Shown piece by piece: positions 27,488 through 35,771 of a stretch of DNA of 43,878 bases. Position 1 is the first letter of the stretch; every line of letters begins with the position of its first letter. The notes below the pieces were generated by a model, which searched no databases, was not told where the DNA came from, and saw nothing but the letters and a program-made list of their open reading frames with translations. The stretch is from the NCBI GenBank assembly GCA_030523205.1, contig JAUNJD010000002.1:1-43878 (forward strand). The letters are read 5' to 3'. The position numbers were made by a program, and so were the translations under genes. This DNA comes from Bacteroides sp. GTDB lineage: Bacteria > Bacteroidota > Bacteroidia > Bacteroidales > Bacteroidaceae.

Positions 27488-29815
27488 ATGAACAACAGAC
27501 GAATTATAACCTTGCAGATGCTTTGTTTCCTTATGGTTTCATGCATTACGCTTCCAGTATCGGCTGCCAAACGGAGCAATGAAGCCTCCGAAGTGCGAAC
27601 TATCATTCAGCGTGTCAACGACTATTGGCAAAGCCATCATTCGGCGAAAGCCTCGGCTTTTTGGGATAATGCCGCATACCACACTGGTAATATGGAGGCT
27701 TATCGTCTCACAGGCAATGATGCTTACCGAACTTACTCTGAAGATTGGGCTGAATATAACGAATGGAAAGGTGCTAAGAGTAACAACACTTCCTGCTGGA
27801 AACACACCTATGGTGAGACCGACGATTACGTGCTCTTTGGTGATTGGCAAATCTGTTTTCAGACCTACGTGGATCTTTACAACATCTTACCGGAGAATCG
27901 CAAAATATCTCGTGCGCGTAAAGTGATGGAGTACGAAATGGGTACTTCGCGCAACGACTATTGGTGGTGGGCCGATGGATTGTATATGGTGATGCCTGTC
28001 ATGACCAAACTTTATAAAGTGACTCAAAATTCACTCTATCTTGATAAGTTATATAAATATTTGCGCGTGGCGGATAGTCTGATGTATGATGTTGATGAAG
28101 GGCTTTATTTTCGCGATGCCAAGTATGTCTATCCCAAGCATTGTACGGTTAATGGAAAGAAAGACTTTTGGGCTCGTGGTGATGGATGGGTGTTGGCGGG
28201 TCTGGCCAAGGTGATAGCTGATCTTCCGATTGACTATCGCCATCGTTCCTTCTTCATTCAGAAGTTTCAGCACATGGCTCAAGCTGTGGCTGTCCTTCAG
28301 CGGCCGGAGGGTTATTGGACTCGTAGTCTGATGGATGCCGATCATGCGCCCGGTCCCGAGACCAGTGGTACGGCCTTCTTTATGTACGGTCTGATGTGGG
28401 GTGTCAATTACGGATTGCTTGCCGAGGCCGATTATATGCCCGTCATCAATCGGGCTTGGAACTACCTGAAGAATACAGCCTTGCAGAAAGACGGACGCAT
28501 CGGCTACGTGCAACCCATTGGCGAGAAAGCCATTCCGGGACAGATGATTGATGAGAAATCTACGGCCAACTTTGGTGTAGGTGCTTTCCTTTTGGCTGCT
28601 TGTGAGTATGTGCGCTATCTTGAAGCACCAGTCAATGCCGACCGTGCTTACTGGTGTCAGTTGCTCTACAATATGGCCAAACCTGTGCTTAGCCTTATGG
28701 CAGAAGGCCGGTTACAGCAAGAGATGGAAGTTGAGGTCAGTCCTTCGTGGGATGGCCGCGACAAGCGCGTCACCTATATGGAGACTTTCGGTCGCCTCAT
28801 GGCAGGTCTTGCTCCTTGGCTTTCGTTGCCCGACGATGATACGACTGAAGGCCGACAGCGTCTTGAACTACGCACTTGGGCTTTGAGTAGCTATGCCAAT
28901 GCTGTCAATCCTTCCAGTCCCGACTATTTGCTGTGGCGTGGTCACGGACAAGCTTTGGTTGATGCTGCCTACATAGCCGAGAGCTTTCTGCGTGGATTCG
29001 ATAGCTTGTGGATGCCGCTCGACTCGCTCACTAAGCAACGCTACATAGCCGAGTTCACCCAATTGCGTCGGGTCGATCCTCCTTACACCAATTGGTTGTT
29101 GTTCTCCTCCATTATCGAGAGCTTTTTGGCTAAATGTGGTCAGCCTCACGATGAGTTCCGCATCAATACGGCTATCCGCAAAACCGAAGAGTGGTATACA
29201 GGCGACGGTTGGTATGCCGATGGTCCGGAATTCAGTTTTGATTATTATAGTAGTTACGTTTTCCACCCCATGTATCTGGAAACGCTTCATGCCATGATGG
29301 ATGCCGGTTCTCGTACACGCATTGCTTATGCTGCTTATTATAGCCGTGCATTGCGCCGTACACAGAAGTACAGCCTTGTGTTGGAGCGGTTGATATCGCC
29401 TGAGGGCACTTTCCCCGTGTTTGGTCGTTCCATTCCTTATCGCTTGGCTACGATGCAGCCTTTGGCGTTGATGGCTTTGCAGGGTACGTTGCCTGCCGGT
29501 GTCGGTAATGGGCAGGTGCGTGCGGCGCTTACCTCGGTGATGCACCGTATGTTCGATGGCGTGGAGAATTTTAATTCAGGAGGCTTTCTTACTATTGGGT
29601 TTGTGGGGCGTCAGCCTAATGTGTCCGATTGGTATACAAACAATGGTAGCCTTTATATGACTTCTTTGGGTTTCTTGCCTTTAGGCTTGCCGGCTACTCA
29701 TCCTTTTTGGACCGATGCGGCTCAGCCTTGCACCAATGCAAAGGCCTGGGGGGCTCAGCCTTTCCCAAAGGATCATCATTGGGAAAATGGTACTAAATTG
29801 AAGGACTTATTTTAA
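27488..29815 (+). CDS. GH105 unsaturated glucuronyl hydrolase fused to DUF2264/GH154 beta-glucuronidase-like domain
   Basis: Start reassigned from TTG 27467 to ATG 27488. GH105 motifs WWWADGLYM, FWARGDGW, ETSGTAFF, FGVGAFLLAA; after ~nt 28620, DUF2264 motifs ETFGRLMAGLAPWL, QALVDAAY, NWLLF, YTGDGWYADG, DYYSSYVFHP, GRSIPYR, YTNNGSLY. Confidence 0.9.
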   Translation: MNNRRIITLQMLCFLMVSCITLPVSAAKRSNEASEVRTIIQRVNDYWQSHHSAKASAFWDNAAYHTGNMEAYRLTGNDAYRTYSEDWAEYNEWKGAKSNNTSCWKHTYGETDDYVLFGDWQICFQTYVDLYNILPENRKISRARKVMEYEMGTSRNDYWWWADGLYMVMPVMTKLYKVTQNSLYLDKLYKYLRVADSLMYDVDEGLYFRDAKYVYPKHCTVNGKKDFWARGDGWVLAGLAKVIADLPIDYRHRSFFIQKFQHMAQAVAVLQRPEGYWTRSLMDADHAPGPETSGTAFFMYGLMWGVNYGLLAEADYMPVINRAWNYLKNTALQKDGRIGYVQPIGEKAIPGQMIDEKSTANFGVGAFLLAACEYVRYLEAPVNADRAYWCQLLYNMAKPVLSLMAEGRLQQEMEVEVSPSWDGRDKRVTYMETFGRLMAGLAPWLSLPDDDTTEGRQRLELRTWALSSYANAVNPSSPDYLLWRGHGQALVDAAYIAESFLRGFDSLWMPLDSLTKQRYIAEFTQLRRVDPPYTNWLLFSSIIESFLAKCGQPHDEFRINTAIRKTEEWYTGDGWYADGPEFSFDYYSSYVFHPMYLETLHAMMDAGSRTRIAYAAYYSRALRRTQKYSLVLERLISPEGTFPVFGRSIPYRLATMQPLALMALQGTLPAGVGNGQVRAALTSVMHRMFDGVENFNSGGFLTIGFVGRQPNVSDWYTNNGSLYMTSLGFLPLGLPATHPFWTDAAQPCTNAKAWGAQPFPKDHHWENGTKLKDLF

Positions 29816-29839
29816 CAGACAGATAAATTCTTATATGTC

Positions 29840-29876
29840 CGTCGGCTATTCATTCATGAATGGCCGACGTTTTTTT
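29840..29876 (+). terminator. Rho-independent terminator ending the PUL transcript
   Basis: CGTCGGCTATTCA, loop TTCA, TGAATGGCCGACG, then T7; about 25 nt after the stop codon. Confidence 0.9.
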
Positions 29877-30060
29877 ATTTTCAACTTGAACTCGATATGA
29901 CGCAAAATCAAGATAGAACAAGGGAACGCAATTTTCAGCGAATTTAGCGAATCAATATCATCATTTGTCCGCTTCGTACCAGCTCTACTCCATGGAGTAT
30001 ACACACAGAAAATCATGGAAAATACGGAGAATGCACAGAGCTAGTATGAGATCAATAGCT

Positions 30061-30098
30061 AAAAAAGGTTTGAATATCTATCCCAGACATTCAAACCT
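30061..30098 (-). terminator. Rho-independent terminator on the minus strand
   Basis: Minus strand reads AGGTTTGAATGTCT, loop GGGAT, AGATATTCAAACCT, then a T run. The single mismatch forms a G-U pair only on the minus strand. Confidence 0.75.
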
Positions 30099-30370
30099 AA
30101 CTTTTTGCTCAATTAATCTAATCACATTTGTGTTTTTACTCTTTCTGTAACACGACTCAGATTGAAAATTGTTTAATTTAGCAGTGTGTATATGTCTCCG
30201 TCAACAATCTTTCTTCTTAAAAAGAAATTATACCTATTCAGAAAGAGAAAAAACTATTGTTATATTATAAAAAAAGATTAAAGTATTCAATCCTAAAAAC
30301 TTTATGTTATTCATAGAAAACAATCTTGTTTTTTGTATTTGAACATACACTTGTCATTCACTGGGAACAG
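30061..30370 (-). ncRNA. Candidate ~300-nt small RNA (or small-peptide mRNA)
   Basis: Bounded by a TACTTTTG -7 element with tandem regulator boxes upstream and a terminator downstream. The longest ATG ORF seen on this strand is 26 aa (30234-30314). Confidence 0.4.
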
Positions 30371-30372
30371 TA

Positions 30373-30438
30373 CAAAAGTAATGTTTAATGTACAGAATGA
30401 GGTACATACATCGTTCAATGAGGTCTGTTATTCGGTCA
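30373..30438 (-). promoter_or_regulatory. Minus-strand promoter with two TGAACGA-N7-ACCT boxes and a TAnnTTTG -7 element
   Basis: TGACCGA ataacag ACCT (30438-30421) and TGAACGA tgtatgt ACCT (30417-30400), 21-bp period. TACTTTTG (30380-30373) starts 37 bp after the start of the proximal box, the same spacing as at susC1. Confidence 0.7.
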
Positions 30439-30476
30439 TTGTAGGCATACATTGTGAACGAATGATTATTTCTGCC

Positions 30477-32054
30477 TTATCCTTCTTGTGGGATAATAAG
30501 GAAACTGAAACCAGCAGGGCCACCGCCACCGTTTTCCAATCGTACCAAGATGCGGTTCCATCCTTGGTCGAAGTGGAAAGGTTCGATGTGTTCATCTATG
30601 TTATACCAGCTTGTACCGGTGTCCTGCCATACGTCTTTTCCGTTAATCCATACCCGACCGCTATCATCAGTGCCGATAGCCACAAGCATGGTGGTCGCTT
30701 CGTCGAAGTATAGTTCGGTGTAAGCATAATAGGTTGAGTGTCCGGAGGTGACAGGTACCGTGTTGTGCATAGACTCACTTTGCATAAACTTCCAGCGTAA
30801 GGTTCCGTCCAGTTGCACCTCTTCGCCAATCATGTGGATAGGGTGCGAATCGGTTTCTTCCTTACCTACGCCTATCTGCCCGTCAGTATAGACTGCATCA
30901 AAGTCTATGGCAATTTCGGGTGGATGTACAATTGCGAAATCGTCGCGACCATAGTTCTCCCATGGTCCTATCATGTACCAAGTGTTGATATACAGCCATC
31001 CCTTTCGTTGGGCATTTTTGGCGAATCGTCTGCCCGGTAAGGCTTGCGCCTGTACCATTTCCTTGTCGAGCTGTGCACCGGCATAGACTGCATATGGTGT
31101 CTTCGGTACGTCGATGGGGATACCTTCGGTTCCACCTTCTCCCGCTGCCTCACCGGAACCATAGCCTACACCACTTCCTCCTCCAGCAGAGCCGCTATTG
31201 CCGCTGTTGCCGCTTCCGGCCGTACCGCCTCGACCAATCTGTCGTGGTTTCCCGAATAGGTTCTCCAGTCGGGTGGCTGCTAATCCGGCTTGTCGCATGG
31301 TTTGCCCCAGCAGATTGCGGTAGCGGTTCAAGTCGGCTGTACTCTTTACGCTTAATCCATTGCTGGCATTGCTTTGCGCCGTGCATTCCCATTCATTGCC
31401 TCTGCTTTGCATATTTATCAACTCGTCGAAGGTGGGCATACGTGTGGAACCTTGCTTCAAGGCATTGTACACTTCGGGAAAGGAAAGTCCCTTGGTGAGA
31501 ACCTGTTTGGCTGCGCTTACCGCTAAATGATTCTGCAATATCTCAGTTTCGTATGCGCGTAATTGTTCGTATATATCTTTTATCGGTGAGGCGTCAGTCA
31601 CCGTATGTCTTACTTGGGCTATAGCTCTTGCCTGTGACGTGTCATTGGCATCGCTGGGTGCTGAAGCGGGTAACTTCCGTCCTTCAACTTTTGTGAGCAG
31701 ATGATTTTTCCGGCTACGCATCTTTACGGCCATCTCGCGAAACCTATTTAACTCTTTGTTGAGGTTGCGGCGTACCAGTATTTCCGATTGTTTTACCAGC
31801 TGATCGGCATAGTTGGCAGGCAGTGCACGCCGAGCCTGCTCTTGTTTCAAACGTTCAGCGGCATTGCGCGTGATGGCTTGCCGAGGTTGCTGTTGTTGCT
31901 TGACGTTGGCGTCGGCTTTGGTTAGATTGATGCCCTCGTTGTTGGGTGTAGGCAGGCTGTTTAGGAAATAGGCTCCTGTGGCAAAGATTAGCAGCACTAC
32001 AGCCCAGGCGGCTACCGATACCCACCTATTGGGTTCTGTTGTAGTTTTCATCAT
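30477..32054 (-). CDS. Membrane-anchored protein with helical stalk, Gly/Ser linker and C-terminal PA14-like beta-sandwich; occupies the TonB position of the exbBD operon
   Basis: N-terminal TM WVSVAAWAVVLLIFATGAYFL; Q/R/K-rich helical region; linker GRGGTAGSGNSGNSGSAGGGSG; WYMIGPW...YAYTELY...IGTDDSGRVWING...GWNRILVRLEN. Overlaps exbD by 29 nt. Confidence 0.8.
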   Translation of the reverse strand: MMKTTTEPNRWVSVAAWAVVLLIFATGAYFLNSLPTPNNEGINLTKADANVKQQQQPRQAITRNAAERLKQEQARRALPANYADQLVKQSEILVRRNLNKELNRFREMAVKMRSRKNHLLTKVEGRKLPASAPSDANDTSQARAIAQVRHTVTDASPIKDIYEQLRAYETEILQNHLAVSAAKQVLTKGLSFPEVYNALKQGSTRMPTFDELINMQSRGNEWECTAQSNASNGLSVKSTADLNRYRNLLGQTMRQAGLAATRLENLFGKPRQIGRGGTAGSGNSGNSGSAGGGSGVGYGSGEAAGEGGTEGIPIDVPKTPYAVYAGAQLDKEMVQAQALPGRRFAKNAQRKGWLYINTWYMIGPWENYGRDDFAIVHPPEIAIDFDAVYTDGQIGVGKEETDSHPIHMIGEEVQLDGTLRWKFMQSESMHNTVPVTSGHSTYYAYTELYFDEATTMLVAIGTDDSGRVWINGKDVWQDTGTSWYNIDEHIEPFHFDQGWNRILVRLENGGGGPAGFSFLIIPQEG

Positions 32055-32454
32055 ACGTACGTATTCCTATATTGCTAAGGTTATAAAATTGACAAGCATC
32101 CATCACCTGTACCAATCGGCCGAAGGGTGTATCCTTGTCCATGTCGATGCGGATGCGCCGTTCAGGTTGGGTGATGCAGACGGTGCGCAGCTGTTCCATA
32201 AGAAAATTGGTGGTGCATGGCTGTCCGTCCCAGTAGAAGTTTCCTTCTGTGTCCAGTCCTACGATGGCCTGTTTGTCATCGGGCTTTAGTTTGGTGGCTG
32301 CTTCCGATGTGGGCAGGTTTACGTTGATATCGCGATTTTTCACTTTGGTCATGGTCGATACCAAGAAGAAAATCAGCAATAGGAACACGCAGTCTATCAG
32401 TGGAGACATCGAAATCTCCGGATCTTCGTCGTTATTGAATAAAGGCAGATTCAT
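32026..32454 (-). CDS. exbD: ExbD/TolR-family protein 2
   Basis: Start reassigned to ATG 32454 (MNLPLF). MSPLIDCVFLLLIFFLVST includes the essential TM Asp; NVNLPTS; IRIDMDKDTPFGRLVQVMD. Confidence 0.93.
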   Translation of the reverse strand: MNLPLFNNDEDPEISMSPLIDCVFLLLIFFLVSTMTKVKNRDINVNLPTSEAATKLKPDDKQAIVGLDTEGNFYWDGQPCTTNFLMEQLRTVCITQPERRIRIDMDKDTPFGRLVQVMDACQFYNLSNIGIRTYDENYNRTQ

Positions 32455-32896
32455 AAGGCTTACTTCCCATTCGGACCCGCGTGCGAGCGAATCCTTGTAT
32501 TTGACATCTATCAAAAATCTCGATTACTGTATTTACAGGAACCGTGCGATGAGCCGTCACGTCAATGGCCGTCTCTATTCCCCGGCTATTGCGGAGGTCG
32601 GCCAGAAAGCCGTTCAGGTCGGCGATGGGGCGATAAGTGCACTCACCACTGTAAGCATCGTGGCCTATCACCTCATACACATTCTTCTCCTCATCAACTG
32701 CTATGATTACAGCCTCTTCGCCCTGCTTGGTGGTGGAAAGGCTGCTGGTCATCGAAGGCAGCGTTAGTGGGATCTGCATCTCCCACTTTTTCATCATGGT
32801 GGTCACTAGAAAGAAGATGAGCAGCAGAAATACGCAATCAATCAGCGGAGACATCTGTATGTCCACTTTATCTTCATCGTCATATTTCAGTCTCAT
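32432..32896 (-). CDS. exbD: ExbD/TolR-family protein 1
   Basis: MSPLIDCVFLLLIFFLVTT includes the essential Asp; PLTLPS; ATGA overlap with the exbB stop. Confidence 0.93.
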   Translation of the reverse strand: MRLKYDDEDKVDIQMSPLIDCVFLLLIFFLVTTMMKKWEMQIPLTLPSMTSSLSTTKQGEEAVIIAVDEEKNVYEVIGHDAYSGECTYRPIADLNGFLADLRNSRGIETAIDVTAHRTVPVNTVIEIFDRCQIQGFARTRVRMGSKPYESAFIQ

Positions 32897-34386
32897 AGAT
32901 TATCCTCCTTTATTTCGGTGCGTTCGGCATCCTTGCCCTCATTCAATGGGCTGTTCTTTTCGAGATAGATTTGGGTGATTACTTTTTCTATCTCGACCTC
33001 TATCGTTGAGGCTAGCCGCTGAATGCGGTTCTTGATGAGGAAATAGAGTGCGATGGCGGGTACGGCTATAATCAAACCCGCTGCTGTGGTGATGAGTGCT
33101 TTCGAGATGGAGTCGGAGAGAATAGAAGGACCTCCTTCATCTCCATAGAGTGCTACCAGACCGAAGGCCTCGATCATACCTACCACGGTACCCAGCAGAC
33201 CAATGAGTGGCGAGAGCGATGAGATGACAGAAATGGGATAGATACGTGACAGATGGGTACGGATGTCACGTGCAGCAATGTCGCCGGCTGTCTGGCTTAC
33301 CGCTTCTCGCCCTGCATTGATATGCTCCAGAATGTAGGATAAGGCCGATGCCAAGGTTGATGGGTATTTGTGACAAGCATCAATTGCTCCTTGCAAGTCT
33401 TTTTGTGAGATGCAATTGTCTATGGCTTTGCATAGGGGCTTTGGTGCCAGTCGGGCAGCGCGTGAGGTGAAGATTCTCTGCAAGGCTATCACGAAGGCTA
33501 TGATTCCAAGGGCATATAGTGGATACATCATCAGACCACCTGCTTTTATCTGTGCTGCCCAGTCTATCTGTACTCCTTGAGGTTGTTCTTCGGTTTCGTC
33601 TTCTTCGTTTAGGTCGTCCAAGGTCATCTCGTTGCCTTCATCGTCAAGGGGGAGGGGAGTGGCAATCTCGCTTGGCGATACTTTGGGGGCATTGGCCAAA
33701 TCGTCCTGACTGCGTGCTAGAAATATTTCATCGAATCCGGCATCTCGACGTTGCGGGCATAGAAAGTCAATGCCTGTCAGTGTGAAGTCGCCAAAGTCTT
33801 TCCACAAGTCGCGCGTCACCACCATCCAGCCGCTGGGTGCTTCGGTGTCAATGCTCAATCCTTTGGTGATGAGCTGTTCGGAAGTGTCGTTCTTCTTCTT
33901 GCTGGCATTGGCTTTTTGCTCGTTTTTTGGTTTTCCGTCGCCTGCAATGTAGGTGAAGTCATACTTCTCTCCTTTGCTATTGCCTGCTTGAGGAGTGGCT
34001 TGTAGATGGATGCCTACTTGATTTCCACCCCATTTGACAAAGGCGAAACTTATGTATCGGTATTCCCCTGCTTTGGGATTTTCGCGGATGGGTATAGAGA
34101 GGCCGTTCATCTGTGCCGGACTCTTTGAGGCACTTACATAAATATAGTTGGGCGTATTCTTTGAATAACCGCCACTACGGACATATTTCCCTTCTTGTCC
34201 CCATGTAGTACCTTCGGGCATCTCTGTACTGAAGATTTCGAACAGTCCCTTGCTACTTTTTTTCACCGTTTGCACAGTGCTTTGAGCCGAAACTTGCGGA
34301 GCCATTAGCATGGTTGCCATGCATATTGCTGCCCATTTGTTTGCCATCTTTTTGGCGAAGCCAATTTTAGTCAGATTTCCATTCAT
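32893..34386 (-). CDS. exbB: ExbB/MotA/TolQ proton-channel protein with signal peptide and extra N-terminal periplasmic domain (start 34386 or 34347)
   Basis: GGLMMYPLYALGIIAFVIALQR; SPLIGLLGTVVGMIEAF; ISKALITTAAGLIIAVPA. Preceded by an SPI signal (QVSA-Q), a ~200-aa globular domain and an acidic linker. Confidence 0.92.
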   Translation of the reverse strand: MNGNLTKIGFAKKMANKWAAICMATMLMAPQVSAQSTVQTVKKSSKGLFEIFSTEMPEGTTWGQEGKYVRSGGYSKNTPNYIYVSASKSPAQMNGLSIPIRENPKAGEYRYISFAFVKWGGNQVGIHLQATPQAGNSKGEKYDFTYIAGDGKPKNEQKANASKKKNDTSEQLITKGLSIDTEAPSGWMVVTRDLWKDFGDFTLTGIDFLCPQRRDAGFDEIFLARSQDDLANAPKVSPSEIATPLPLDDEGNEMTLDDLNEEDETEEQPQGVQIDWAAQIKAGGLMMYPLYALGIIAFVIALQRIFTSRAARLAPKPLCKAIDNCISQKDLQGAIDACHKYPSTLASALSYILEHINAGREAVSQTAGDIAARDIRTHLSRIYPISVISSLSPLIGLLGTVVGMIEAFGLVALYGDEGGPSILSDSISKALITTAAGLIIAVPAIALYFLIKNRIQRLASTIEVEIEKVITQIYLEKNSPLNEGKDAERTEIKEDNL

Positions 34387-34522
34387 ATTAGAAACTTTTT
34401 TAATGATTATAAGTTTATAGATTATCAATTATTTATCTGCAACAAAATTCGTTTTTCTATTCGAAATTGAGTTACAGAATTCTGCTAATTGCGTTCAATT
34501 ATCGGCCTACTTGTGCTGACTG

Positions 34523-34560
34523 AGGTTCAAAAATCGTTCAGAAGGTATAGTATTCGTTCG
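34523..34560 (-). promoter_or_regulatory. Two TGAACGA-N7-ACCT boxes upstream of exbB
   Basis: CGAACGA atactat ACCT (34560-34543) and TGAACGA tttttga ACCT (34540-34523). The second matches the 3545 box at 15/18 positions. Confidence 0.65.
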
Positions 34561-34653
34561 TTTGTTCGTTTTTTATCTTATTAATAGCTGGTTTTGCATA
34601 TAAAGTGTTGTTTTTTGATGGATAAGACACCCCTTTTCTTGAATTGTTTTGCC

Positions 34654-34661
34654 TATTTTTG
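34654..34661 (+). promoter_or_regulatory. Bacteroidetes -7 promoter element for the GH43/flavodoxin genes
   Basis: TATTTTTG matches TAnnTTTG, about 47 nt upstream of ATG 34708. Confidence 0.5.
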
Positions 34662-34707
34662 TGAAGTGAAACTTACGATGTATAATTTTATAATGTAATT
34701 AAAGTGT

Positions 34708-35736
34708 ATGAAGAAAAAAAATTTGATTGGATTCATGTTGGCTGCTCTCTTGGGCGTCGTGTTTGGTGTCGAGTCATGTGAACAGAAGGCTGAAAAGACG
34801 ATTGTGCCCGGTGCCGTATGGAACGATACGGATGGCAATCCCATTAATGCGCATGGTGGCGGTTTGCTCTATCACGAGGGTGTCTATTATTGGTACGGAG
34901 AGTATAAGCAAGGCGAGACGGTGCTGCCTTCCTGGGCCACATGGGAATGCTACCGCACGGATGTGACTGGCGTCAGTTGCTATTCCTCTACCGATTTAGT
35001 GAACTGGACCTTCCGTGGCATTGTGCTCCCGGCTGTTAAGGATGATCCTGACCACGACCTTCACCCAAGCAAAGTGTTGGAGCGTCCCAAGGTGATTTAC
35101 AACAAGCATACCGGTAAATTTGTGATGTGGGCTCACGTAGAGAGTGCCGATTATAGCAAGGCTTGTGCAGGCGTGGCAGTAAGCGATTCGCCTACCGGCA
35201 TATTCTCCTATCTGGGCAGCTTCCGTCCCAACGATGCCATGAGCCGCGACCAGACACTTTTCGTGGATGATGACGGCCTGGCTTATCATTTTTATTCATC
35301 GGAAAACAATGAAACATTGTATATCAGTCAGCTTACCGACGACTATCTGCGCCCTAGCGGTCACTATACCCGCAACTTTATTAAGGAGAGTCGCGAAGCT
35401 CCGGCTGTGTTCAAGCATGAGGGCAAATACTATCTTCTGACTTCCGGATGTACCGGATGGGACCCCAATCAGGCCGAATTGGCGGTGGCCGATTCCATCA
35501 TGGGGCCGTGGACCACAATTGGCAATCCTTGTACGGGCGATGATGCATCAAATACGTTCCACGCACAAAGCACCTATGTGCAACCCGTGGTCGGAAAACC
35601 GAATTGCTACATCGCCATGTTCGACCGTTGGAACAAGACCGACTTGGCCGACTCTCGTTACGTATGGCTTCCTATGTCCTTCGTGGATGGGAAGATTACG
35701 ATTCCTTGGCAAGCAGAATGGAGCCTTCCGAAATAA
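34708..35736 (+). CDS. GH43 subfamily 24-like exo-beta-1,3-galactanase, predicted lipoprotein
   Basis: Lipobox-like VES-C; INAHGGG, YYWYGE, LERPKV, SRDQTLFVDDDG, REAPAVF, SGCTGWDPN, HAQST, DRW...RYVWLP. Confidence 0.9.
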   Translation: MKKKNLIGFMLAALLGVVFGVESCEQKAEKTIVPGAVWNDTDGNPINAHGGGLLYHEGVYYWYGEYKQGETVLPSWATWECYRTDVTGVSCYSSTDLVNWTFRGIVLPAVKDDPDHDLHPSKVLERPKVIYNKHTGKFVMWAHVESADYSKACAGVAVSDSPTGIFSYLGSFRPNDAMSRDQTLFVDDDGLAYHFYSSENNETLYISQLTDDYLRPSGHYTRNFIKESREAPAVFKHEGKYYLLTSGCTGWDPNQAELAVADSIMGPWTTIGNPCTGDDASNTFHAQSTYVQPVVGKPNCYIAMFDRWNKTDLADSRYVWLPMSFVDGKITIPWQAEWSLPK

Positions 35737-35771
35737 GATGATTTACCAATAACAATAAAAACAAAAAGACG

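Noticed and set aside
29965-30150. 61-aa plus-strand ORF in the intergenic gap
   Set aside because: TTG start, lies after the PUL terminator, runs through the minus-strand terminator hairpin, and has no promoter or motif support.
30333-30713. 126-aa plus-strand ORF
   Set aside because: Largely antisense to gene X and overlaps its downstream promoter; no motifs.
31130-31230. GC-rich short repeats (GGCAACAGC/GGCAATAGC)
   Set aside because: They simply encode the Gly/Ser linker of protein X; not a DNA repeat element.
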